From assembly GCA_964187785.1 (NCBI GenBank), contig OZ076409.1:34784001-34844000 (forward strand): DNA of 60,000 nucleotides, given 5' to 3'. The translations under genes and the position numbers were made by a program. The first letter of the stretch is position 1, and each line of letters starts with the position of its first letter. Below the pieces are notes generated by a model. That model saw only the letters and a program-made list of their open reading frames with translations, searched no databases and was not told the origin of the DNA. Shown in pieces: positions 23,900-34,162 of this stretch. This stretch comes from Amphiscolops sp. MND2022 (Eukaryota).

Positions 23900-24535
23900 T
23901 TTGACACTGCGAGCATAGAAAAATGACATGTTAACCATACAAAAAACACACCGATGGACACCTTAGAAGTTCATCTACAAGATTGGGTATCTATTGTCCC
24001 TTCAAAAAGCATTGCTGACCTATAAATACCCTATTTGACAAGAAAATCCTATCTGACCCTATGATAAAAATTGACAGTTTGCCACTGCGACTGAGAAAAC
24101 GAGGCAAGATGCCTACACGGAAAATACCTTGACAGACACCCCTAAATGGGTACTACACGATAGGGTGATAGAAAAAGCGCGCAAAAGCAAAATTATATAA
24201 GAAAAACTCCATACTCCCATTTACAATTTTTTTTTCGACCTCAGTAAGTTTCCACGAAAACGACAATTTTGCCACTGCGACTGGCTAAGTGGAAGCAAAC
24301 ATCAGTGCATATTGGGCTTCCCCGGATTGTCCTCCATGAGAACTACACTACAGGGTGATAGCGGATGCGCTCATCCACCAGAGAAAAAAATAAGTGTTTA
24401 AAAAAGGAAAAAAAAATCCTACATTAGCAGAAAATTCCGATTTTGCCACTGCGAACTTATGCACGGACATCATCATCAACACCAAATTTACGTCAGATAA
24501 CTAGCATGACCTAACCCCTAGCCGATAGGGCATAC
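23900..24535. repeat. Four-unit array of two conserved boxes flanking fixed-length unique spacers
   Basis: Box 1 TTTG(C/A)CACTGCGA at 23900, 24078, 24268, 24442. Box 2 CTACAAGATTGGG / CTACACGATAGGG / CTACACTACAGGG / CTAGCCGATAGGG at 23975, 24153, 24343, 24518. Spacers of 62, 62, 62 and 63 nt look unrelated. Confidence 0.8.
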
Positions 24536-24576
24536 GACAAAACACTACTAAAGTATGAAAAGGACATCACTAACCA

Positions 24577-25443
24577 TTATCTTGGCTGCACTCTTCTGCG
24601 TGCTGAAAATCGCTTCTTCGTGACCCCGGACCTCTTGTTCCTTTTACCTTGTACGACTCGGGAACGTTGGTCAGAATACCTGTTGAAAAACTTCGTCTCC
24701 ATCTTAGCGGCTTCCTCCTCTTCGTGTAAAATAGTGTGACTCAGAAGACAGTTCCAATCATTACTAGGAGTTACAGAGAGAACTAAATGCACAGTCCTTG
24801 CAGGGAAACAAACTGTATCACCGGGTTCCTGAACACAGTACGACAGATCTTTAAAACGTCCGTAGACCATATCTTCAATAAACTGTTGGAAATGACTGTC
24901 CTCGGGCCTTTTAACCAAAACTGCAGCGGACTTAGACCCGGGACTAGCGAAAACCCATAGTTTCCGCCCGCGGAGTAATGAAGCCACAATTTCTGTTGGC
25001 GGACTGTCTGCGTGAAACCCTGTCAGACAATTTCCGGTACTTAATAACAGAACAGGCTCATGAACAACTTGTAGGTCAACAATGGCACTATTGAACCAAC
25101 TGGCGATATCATTGACATTCTCTTTTGGCATGAGGGCAGTTAAAAGCCTTGTGTCAGGGAACTGCACATTCTTCTTCTCCTCACCCCAGTTCTTGAATGA
25201 ACGCAAAATTTCGCCTACCTCAGTGGAATTCAGAATAAGCGACTGTAACTCAGGCTGTTTGTATGAGCAGGCAACACCTCTAACGATGCAAGCAGTTTTG
25301 AACCTACATGCTTCGCTGAGTGATACTGCCTCCACTTCTTTACAGTGACTTTGACACAATTCTAACAACAAATTAAAATTGTCCATGTTATCTGAAAAAA
25401 GTCCATGACCATTAACGTTAAACCCATGGGCCTTCAACAACAT
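24577..25443 (-). CDS. JmjC-domain Fe(II)/2-oxoglutarate oxygenase (histone demethylase/hydroxylase-like), antisense cargo gene, 288 aa
   Basis: Intact ATG ORF. LTGFHAD gives T141, H144 and D146; LLRGRKLWVF gives K161; QEPGDTVCFPARTVHLV gives H219. The T(-3)/H/D(+2)/K(+17) spacing is the same as in KDM2/KDM7/JMJD6-type JmjC domains. Basic C-terminus KRNKRSGVTKKRFSARRR. Confidence 0.88.
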   Translation of the reverse strand: MLLKAHGFNVNGHGLFSDNMDNFNLLLELCQSHCKEVEAVSLSEACRFKTACIVRGVACSYKQPELQSLILNSTEVGEILRSFKNWGEEKKNVQFPDTRLLTALMPKENVNDIASWFNSAIVDLQVVHEPVLLLSTGNCLTGFHADSPPTEIVASLLRGRKLWVFASPGSKSAAVLVKRPEDSHFQQFIEDMVYGRFKDLSYCVQEPGDTVCFPARTVHLVLSVTPSNDWNCLLSHTILHEEEEAAKMETKFFNRYSDQRSRVVQGKRNKRSGVTKKRFSARRRVQPR

Positions 25444-25556
25444 TGTACAAAATAAAAAGGTGTCACGGGATGGATAAAGCTAACTAAACAATTAATACCA
25501 GTACAGAGGAAAGACTAGAAATAACTCTAAGTGAGCTGAGTTGCGAATCGCTGAGT

Positions 25557-25961
25557 TTACGATTGATTTACTCTGTTGCGCACAAATTTGAACAGCACCC
25601 TCCCGATTACGAAGAGAATTGAACTAGCTATGCCAATGCCGACAACGAATATTGGCCATCCACCCTGTTCTCTCATGACTTCTCTGGACTGAACTGCAGA
25701 TGAAGTAATGACACCACATTTCGGATCAACCACAGGAGAGAAACTGACTTTTTTGGAATCCACTAGGACAGTTGTTCCGTCGTTGCAACACTCCAACTCA
25801 ATATTTGAAGTCAAGGAAATCTTGTAACAATCCATGCTCTGAAAGAACTCGAACAACATTTTGGCAAAGTTCAGATTTTGGCAGAGTTCAACATTTTGGC
25901 AGATAGCCTGGCAATAAAACAACAGTAAACAAAGAGACGCCACCCACGCTTGGGTCAACAA
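25557..25961 (-). CDS. Small putative single-pass membrane protein, antisense cargo
   Basis: Cys-containing N-terminal region, hydrophobic segment WPIFVVGIGIASSILFVIG, short basic tail RVLFKFVRNRVNQS. The ORF opens on TTG just after a stop; the true start (internal ATG or a spliced exon) is unknown. Confidence 0.5.
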   Translation of the reverse strand: MLTQAWVASLCLLLFYCQAICQNVELCQNLNFAKMLFEFFQSMDCYKISLTSNIELECCNDGTTVLVDSKKVSFSPVVDPKCGVITSSAVQSREVMREQGGWPIFVVGIGIASSILFVIGRVLFKFVRNRVNQS

Positions 25962-26322
25962 AACAATTCAATTAAAATGGAAATTGAAAATTTCCGGACG
26001 AGTACATTCTAATGAGGCCAGATTATTAACCTTCAGGTTGAACAATGACAAATAATAAAACAACGTCTATTTAATAAAAATCTTCCATGGTTGCGGAAAC
26101 TATTTGCTTGAATTTAATAACCAAGACGCTGACAAGACTGCTGAAAATTTATTGATTCTACATTGGGTACCAACGACCCCATTCCTCCTGAAATTTACTT
26201 GAAATTCAGCCGGTAGCAGAAGTCACCCAAAACATTCAACATTCTGAATATTCAACAAATTCCAAAGAGCCCTAACCTACATATATGAAATGACAACTTT
26301 GACTCACAGTAATTAACCCAAA

Positions 26323-26658
26323 ATGTCTACATCACAAGGCCTGACAGTGAGAGTTACACTAGTGCCCATGAAAATCATCTTTCCGACACCTTTTAAATGG
26401 ACTCCGCCGCGACAGCTACAGCCAATCTTTATCCATACCATTCAAACTCAACAATGTGGATGCTGTGCACCCCTTTTTATTAAAGCGACAACAGAAAACA
26501 CGAGCACCTTCAGTATCATGGACATTGACGAAGAAACACCAGAATTTGAGGACCTCTTTCACTCACTCCAAACATTAACAAAGACTATGAAAGGACAACA
26601 GCCTCTGAAAAAGGAACTCCTTGACCTCTTGGACTACATGGAGATTGAGCTATCCTAA
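26323..26658 (+). CDS. Hypothetical 111-aa protein inside the retrotransposon
   Basis: ATG in good context (AAAATGT); CGCC motif; acidic, helical-looking C-terminus; no family recognised. Confidence 0.35.
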   Translation: MSTSQGLTVRVTLVPMKIIFPTPFKWTPPRQLQPIFIHTIQTQQCGCCAPLFIKATTENTSTFSIMDIDEETPEFEDLFHSLQTLTKTMKGQQPLKKELLDLLDYMEIELS

Positions 26659-26708
26659 TACTGTTAGTACAATACTTTAAAATTGTGAGACCTAGACTTC
26701 AGCCCACA

Positions 26709-27032
26709 ATGCTCTCGTTATTTATCTTTATTCACATAGCTCAGGCTACTAGCCGCCAAGGCAGTTTGGACAAGGGCAATTTATTTAAAGAAGAAACCAA
26801 AATCATGCAGATAGAAAAATTTAGTAATGTCCAATTTTTGCTCCCTATCCCACGCTTTATTGTGATGGTGGAAGATCATTATCTGGAAGAATTGGAAAAT
26901 GACGAAAAATTTCCGTGGAGAAACAACAGTTTGCTGATTCCAGAATCTCAACTAAAAGAAACACGAAACCCTGAGCCCGATGCCCCAATCTACTCACAAC
27001 TCAATAGACAACTACGAACAGGTCAAATTTGA
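26709..27032 (+). CDS. Short secreted-type ORF at the env position, possibly a truncated env-like remnant
   Basis: ATG at 26709 starts a signal-peptide-like MLSLFIFIHIAQATS; lies just upstream of the purine tract and 3' LTR; no transmembrane anchor, and too short for a functional Env. Confidence 0.35.
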   Translation: MLSLFIFIHIAQATSRQGSLDKGNLFKEETKIMQIEKFSNVQFLLPIPRFIVMVEDHYLEELENDEKFPWRNNSLLIPESQLKETRNPEPDAPIYSQLNRQLRTGQI

Positions 27033-27084
27033 AAAGAAAAAAAATACTAACTTTATCGACGTTTTGATGAACATTTTAACCGGC

Positions 27085-27109
27085 GAGTGAAAGAATCAAA
27101 GTCGGGTAG
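27085..27109 (+). promoter_or_regulatory. Polypurine-tract region
   Basis: Purine-rich GAGTGAAAGAATCAAAGTCGGGTAG immediately before the 3' LTR (imperfect). Confidence 0.55.
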
Positions 27110-27555
27110 TGTAATATTCTTTGAATATTAGAAGGTATTAAATTTTGTGATTTTGTGAAGCTAATTAATAAACCCTCACTGATTAATTTGACCCCAAGTT
27201 GGAGCTATGAATATTTAATCTTAATAAAACAACCCACCCCGGAATGCAAATAGTAATTTCACGAACAATGAAAAAGCAATAAAAATATATTACGACCCAC
27301 CCTCTAAATACATACATGGGCAGTTTTTAATAAAAAATATATTGGTTAATTTCCGCATGACAGGAAACAATAAAGTGAAGAAAATAAAACATTGATGACA
27401 ATAATTTGAAGACAAGAAATTTTGGGCTTCTATTGAATAGTTGACTGTAAAGCATCGACAATAAAATCTTTTCTGTAAAGCCTTCCTCACGCCCCGCTCT
27501 GAAGAAACCTAAAGCAAAAGAGATCTCAAAATTGGAAAACTCCTAAACTTTTACA
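27110..27555 (+). repeat. 3' LTR
   Basis: 446-bp copy of the 5' LTR, followed by TSD CCTGC. Confidence 0.97.
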
Positions 27556-28245
27556 CCTGCTATGTTCGATTGAAAAAATATCGCTTATTTGCGGCATTTT
27601 GATGAATAGTTTGTCTTTGTCCTATAAAATGGTTTTGTTTAGTATTTTTCAGTTTTTATTGATTATTCTTTCGGTTCCTTGTGCAAATTTTGTCTTCCTC
27701 TGATTTGCTATTTGGTAATTTCACTACTCCCATGATGTAGACACACAATGTACTGGGTAAGACGGGCCTAACCCAGCCTGCACAGTACGAGTGTCTACTG
27801 GGTTCTTAGTATTGGTTGACCTCTCTTGAAGCAGGTAGACCGTTACAGCTCTACTCTTCAAGAATCGGGTTGAGGTTAACCCTAGACTCCAGTAGACACT
27901 CAAAATCTCTTGCACAAGTACTGATTCGATTCGATTCCAATCTTCACTTTTCTTCCCTCTTCGATTTAAATACCTCTACACTGACTATATGGCGGTATCA
28001 CATGTAAATTGTACAATTTCTCTACGTGGTATGGAATTACTGCAATAATGTTTTAATCAATTGTTCTTGAAATTAACTAGCTTGCTCCGTCATTATTTTT
28101 TACTTTTGCTGACTTCTCTTTTGTCTTGGAAATAGTTTTTCTGGCTAATGTTTTTTTGCTTCTGAAAGGGTATAAAAGCAGAAATAGTCGTGTGCCCCGG
28201 AGGGGCCTATTTTCAAATGAGGTAGAAACTGTACAAACTCTGTAC

Positions 28246-30510
28246 TTTTTATTTTTCTTTAACTCTCAAAATGACTCACTTTAGTGTAATTCCATAGGTG
28301 ATAAGTTCTGTCGTTTCTAAAAATTGTTGAATATTTCCAGCATTTTAACTTTTCAATTGTCTTTAACTCTCAAAATGGCTTACTTTAGCGTACTTCCATA
28401 GGGGATAAATTCTCTCGGTTTGAAAAATTGTTGATTATATCTAGCATTTTAACTTTTCAAAAGTCTTTAACTCAAAATGGCTTACTTCAGTAAACTTCCA
28501 TAGGGGATAAGTTCTGTCGGTTTGAAAAATTGTTGATTAGGTCCAGCATTTTAGTTTTTTATTTGTCTTTAACTCAAAATGGCTTACTTTAGTGTACTTC
28601 TATATGGAATAAGTTCTGTCGGTTAAAAAATTGTTGATTATGTCAAGCATTTTAGGTTTTTATTTGTCTTAACTCAAAATGGCTTACTTTAGTGTACTTC
28701 CACGGGAGATAAGTTCTCTCGGTTTGAAAAATTGTTGATTATTTTCAGCATTTTAACTTTTCAAATGTCTTTAACTCTCAAAATGGCTCATTTTAGTGTA
28801 CTTCCATAGGGGATGAGTTCTGTCGGTTTGAAAAATTGTTGATGATGTCCAGCAATTTAACTTTTCAAATGTCTTTTACTCTCAAAATGGTTCACTTCAG
28901 TATTCTTCCATAGGGGATAAGTCCTCTCGGCTTGAAAATTTGTTGATTATTTCCAGCATTTTAACTTTTCAAATGTCTTTAACTCTCAAAATGGCTTATT
29001 TTAGTGTATTTACATAGGGGATAAGTTCTGTTGGTTTGAAAAATTGTTGATTATGTCCAACATTTTAGTTTCTTTGTCTTTAACTCTCAAAATCGTTTAC
29101 TTTAGTGTACTTCTATATGGAATAAGTTCTCTCGGTTTGAAAAATTGTTGATTATTTCCAGCATTTTAACTTTTCAATTGTCTTTAACTCTCAAAATGGC
29201 TTACTTCAGTATTCTTCCATAGGGGATAAGTCCTCTCGGTTTGAAAAATTGTTGATTATGTCCAGCAATTTAACTTTTCAAATGTCTTCTACTCTCAAAA
29301 TGGCTTACTTTAGTGTACTTCCATAGGGGATAAGTTCTCTCGGTTTGAAAAATTGTTGATTATTTCCAGCATTTTAACTTTTCAAATGTCTTTAACTCTC
29401 AAAATGGCCTATTTTAGTGTACTTCCATGGGGGATAAGTTCTGTCGGTTTGAAAAATTGTTGAATATGTCCAGCAATTTAACTTTTCAAATGTCTAACTC
29501 TCAAAATGGCTTACTTCAGTATTCTTCCATAGGGGATAAGTCCTCTCGGTTTGAAAATTTGTTGATTATTTCCAGCATTTTAACTTTTCAAATGTCTTTA
29601 ACTCTCAAAATGGCTTATTTTAGTGTATTTACATAGGGGATAAGTTCTGTCGGTTCGAAAAATTGTTGATTATGTCCAGCAATTTAACTTTTCAAATGTC
29701 TTCTACTCTCAAATTGGCTTACTTTAGTGTACTTCCATAGGGGATAAGTTCTCTCGGTTTGAAAAATTGTTGATTATTTCCAGCATTTTAACTTTTCAAA
29801 TGTCTTTAACTCTCAAAATGACCTATTTTAGTGTACTTCCATGGGGGATAAGTTCTGTCGGTTTGAAAAATTGTTGAATATGTCCAGCAATTTAAGTTTT
29901 CAAATGTCTTTAACTCTCAAAATGGCTTACTTCAGTATACTTCCATAGGGGATAAGTTCTGTCGGTTTCAAAATTTGTTGATTAGGTCCAGCATTTTAGT
30001 TTTTTGGTTTAAACTCAAAATGGCTTACTTTAGTGTACTTCCATAGGGGATAAGTTCTCTCGGTTTGAAAAATTGTTGAATATGTCAAGCATTTTAGCTT
30101 TTCAAATGTCTTTAACTCAAAATGGCTGACTTCAGTATACTTCCATAGGGGATAAGCTCTGTCGGTTTGAAAAATTGTTGAATATGTCCAGCATTTTGGT
30201 TTTTTGTTTTTAACTCTCAAAATGACTCACTTTAGTGTACTTCCATAGGTGATAAGTTCTGTCGTTTCTAAAAGTTGTTGATTATTTCCAGCATTTCAAC
30301 TTTTCAATTGATTTTAACTCTCAAAATGGCTTACTTTAGTGTACTTCCATAGGGGATAAGTTCTGTCGGTTTGAAAAATAATTGATTATGTCCAGCATTT
30401 TAGTTTTTATTTGTTTTTAACTCAAAATGGCTTTCCATGGGGGATAAGTTCTGAAAAATTGATTATATCCAGCATTTTAGTTTTTTTAATGTCTAACTCT
30501 CCAAAGGTAT
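28246..30510. repeat. Second block of the ~104-bp satellite (about 22 monomers)
   Basis: Same monomer as 10469-16710. Confidence 0.95.
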
Positions 30511-31221
30511 TCGTTTCGAGTAATTTTTTAAGGGACCTGCTATGTTCGATTGAAAAAATATCGCTTATTTGCGGCATTTTGATGAATAGTTTGTCCTTGT
30601 CTTATAAAATGGTTTTGTTTAGTATTTTTCAGTTTTTATTGATTATTCTCTCGGTTCCTTGTGCAAATTTTGTCTTCCTCTGATTTGCTATTTGGTAATT
30701 TCACTACTCCCATGATGTAGACACACAATGTACTGGGTAAGACGGGCCTAACCCAGCCTGCACAGTACGAGTGTCTACTGGGTTCTTAGTATTGGTTGAC
30801 CTCTCTTGAAGCAGGTAGACCGTTACAGCTCTACACTTCAAGAATCGGGTTGAGGTTAACCCTAGACTCCAGTAGACACTCAAAATCTCTTGCACAAGTA
30901 CTGATTCGATTCGATTCCAATCTTCACTTTTCTTCCCTCTTCGATTTAAATACCTCTACACTGACTATATGGCGGTATCACATGTAAATTGTACAATTTC
31001 TCTACGTGGTATGGAATTACTGCAATAATGTTTTAATCAATTGTTCTTGAAATTAACTAGCTTGCTCCTTCATTATTTTTTACTTTTGCTGACTTCTCTT
31101 TTGTCTTGGAAATAGTTTTTCTGGCTAATGTTTTTTTGCTTCTGAAAGGGTATAAAAGCAGAAATAATCGTGTGCCCCCGGAGGGGCCTATTTTCAAATG
31201 AGGTAGAATCTGTACAAACTC
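28246..31221 (+). repeat. Segmental duplicate of ~14456-16748 plus 27561-28240, lacking the retrotransposon
   Basis: Largely the same order of satellite variants, then AGGGACCTGCTATGTTCG with a single CCTGC (30536-30540), then the ~680-bp unique tail duplicated almost exactly. Confidence 0.92.
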
Positions 31222-32347
31222 AAAGGGTGTTTTGGCTCGAGATTTCCAAATAAAGTCTTTCCGCTTTTTGAGTCATTACCGGAGCGCTGTATCGGATTTT
31301 CACTGCTCGTTCAGAATTGAAAGTCAGTTACGAGTCCCTTCCTTGGTAAACTCATTCTTACAGTCGCCCCAACAGGGAGCAACACGTCGTGCGCAAAAAT
31401 TCCAAAGCACGTGTATAAGGAGTACTCAATATCCAATAGGATGGATATCCTATAATACTCAATATCCAATAATAAGGAGTACTCAATAAGGACTCAATAT
31501 CTAATAGTCATAAAATTTCACACCCTTATTTTATTTACAAAGAGCAAAAATTTGTCCCTCATTTACAGCAAAAATCGATTGTCATACCATATCTTTATAC
31601 ATGAAAATTTCAATTTTACCAAGATTTGATATTATATATTACCAGGAAGCTGGAAATCCTAAATTGTGATGATCGGGTGAAAAAATTGTTGACTGAATTC
31701 AAAATAAATATAAAAGCAGGTTTGTTTTTAAAAGTGATGACTGTTTTCTGGCCAAAATTGCGGTAATGTATAAAACTGCTAACCTCTCCTGATTTTTTGA
31801 TCCTGGTCATTCCAAAAAACGCAAATGTTGACTTGATAAATACATGGCCAAAAATGGTAATAGAAAAAATGCCTGTTCAGTTAGATCAGTAAGAGAAATT
31901 TACAGTGAAGAGGAAAATCCTTAAAACCACTTTCCAAGCGGTGATTCTGCGTCAACTAAAATCACCACAACAGTTCTGAAGCAGTAGACGCTGCGTTTTC
32001 ATTGACAGCTTCGAAGTCTGGACATTTCAAACTTTTGTCAGATGGTGTTACTCAAATCACCCACTTTACCCATATTGTATCGTTTTCTTTTCCTTAAAAA
32101 AGACAGACATGTGCAATGAGATGAGGGAGGGCCTTGAGCATCAACGTGAAATATCTTGACATGATTACCGCCAAAAGTGTTTTTGCAAAATCTACATCGT
32201 AACATCAATGGCTGGCATCGACAATGAGATGTTCGCGCTCCAACTTTGGAAAACAACAAAATAAAAATTGAGAAAACCTGGAAAAAGTCCAAAAATATTT
32301 TCACCGCTCAAATTGTACCTCGGCATTGATTTTTATCAAAAATTCAA

Positions 32348-33410
32348 AAAGACGGAAACGTGTCAAGTCGGCGCTATACTTAAGGCTCAAAAAGCGCAAA
32401 CTTTAAAATAAAAAGGCTCAATACATTTTCTATAGAAAACTCACAAAGTCCGAAACACCCAAAGGGTGCCTTCAGTGCTCGGAAAACGTTTCAGAAGTTC
32501 CGATGTAGCGTGTTGAGACAAAGGGGAGCGCTTGTTGTTGAACCTCTGCCTCCTCCTTAGAAAAATGCAATATAGTTCGGATATAACCTCAAAAATTCGG
32601 ATATAGCACTTTACTTCGAATGTTACGTCAAACATTTGGATTGTATGGAAACAAAATATTGGTGGATATGTATTGAGAAAACCTGAAATCAGGCAAAAAA
32701 TGAGAATTTTGAACAGGTTCATAGTGCCAAAAAATGTCAAATGATTTTTTTTAAATCCATTCCGTCGAAAAAACAACGAAAAAAGTGAAGATGGCCCTTT
32801 GGAGACATTGAAAAAATTTCGGGAAAAAATCTCACAAAGCGGAAAAATGGGAAGTCTCACAGTGCCGAAAAAAGCGGAAAGGCGGGACTCTTCTACTTTG
32901 GCATAATTTTGTATTAGTAAGAGGATTTGGAGGCATTCAAAATCGAGTACTAAGTTTTAATGGTAAAAGTGCACAGTGCCAGTGCACAAAAAACGGACAA
33001 TTCAGAATGAGACTGACAAAAGAAGCAAGACGGGAACGTTTAAAGTCCACGCTATACCTAAGGCTCAAAAAACGCAGTTTTTAAAAAATGCGTAGGACGT
33101 TTTCATGAAAAACTCTTGTTCTCGAACCTCCGCCTCCTCCTTACTAAAACGCAATATAGTTCGGATATAACGTCAAAGTTCGGATATAGCGCTTCACTTC
33201 GGATATTACGAAAGAGGACATCAGTAAAATCAGACTCATGGTGCTGAAAAATGTAAAAAGAGAGCCAATTTGGGTTTTTAAACATTCTTCTTGTTGCAAA
33301 ATATCAAAAACATTTGAGGGAGGACACTTCTAAGACATTTAAATTTCTAAGACATTTTTCAAAAAAAAAACGAAAAAAGAGAATTTTGAACAAGATCACA
33401 GTGCTCAAAA
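32348..33410 (+). mobile_element. Two degraded copies of the DINE-1/Helentron-like family
   Basis: Termini AAGACGGAAACGTGTCAAGTCGGCGCTATACTTAAGGCTCAAAA (about 32348) and CAAGACGGGAACGTTTAAAGTCCACGCTATACCTAAGGCTCAAAA (about 33026); shared internal GAACCTCyGCCTCCTCCTTA...TTCGGATATA block. Confidence 0.55.
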
Positions 33411-33593
33411 TGTAAATGGTATGTCTTTGGTGGTTACAAGTGAAAGTATTATATGAAATCAGAACTCGATATCTGCAGGTTGAGTAGACATGAATTGAAA
33501 GAAACAATACATTAGTTCGCAATGCCGAATAATACTGGGTGAAACCGCGGAACAACACAACTGTCATGAAAGTTTTATCACTCTTGAAAACCA

Positions 33594-34162
33594 CACCATT
33601 TGCGAGTCAAGTGAAAAAAACTGGCATTCAAATGAAAGATAAAGTTGATTCAAATGAAAACGTGAAAAACTGGCGTTCAATTAGAAGTCAAATCTTCATG
33701 TAAAAAACCCAAACATTCAACTGAAACATTTCAACTTTCTTTTCTTTCTTCTTGTAGAAAAATCTTATGCTGGAAGAGCAAGTTCAAACTCTCACCAAGG
33801 CAAAGCCAATTCATCGAAATAACAAACCGAGAAGGAACAACTCTCATATAATCGTTTCAAATAGCTCTCTGAGATGTCGGAATCAACGATGCGGGCCATA
33901 ACTGCAAAATCATTCTAAGCGTAGGTGCAATACGATATGTACTTTCGCGCTTGGCTGCATGCCTGGCACCAGGAAATATTGATGGCTAATTGACTTTTAT
34001 ATAGTTTATTTGTTGATTTGTGTGTATAGTCAGTTGAACTTCGGTGTTATTTCACATGAGTGTTTGAACTTTCCACTTAATGTTAGTTTTTCACGTTTTC
34101 ATTTGAATCTATTTTATCTTTCTTTTGAATGTCAGTTTTCTTTCACTTGACTACATATGGTG
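33594..34162. mobile_element. MITE-like element with ~90-bp degenerate terminal inverted repeats
   Basis: CACCAT...AGTCAAGTGAAA...ATTCAAATGAAAACGTGAAAAACT mirrored by AGTTTTTCACGTTTTCATTTGAAT...TTTCACTTGACT...ATGGTG. Confidence 0.65.

Larger units (their letters stand above)
16749..27555 (+). mobile_element. Full-length Ty3/Gypsy LTR retrotransposon with macrodomain and JmjC cargo
   Basis: Two 446-bp TG...CA LTRs; 5-bp TSD CCTGC (16744-16748 and 27556-27560); PBS; purine-rich tract; gag; pol in PR-RT-RH-IN order. Confidence 0.97.

Noticed and set aside
26081..26170. Possible fifth unit of the two-box array (CTACATTGGGTAC at about 26158)
   Set aside because: Box 2 needs a 3-nt deletion to align and there is no convincing box 1 at the expected distance.
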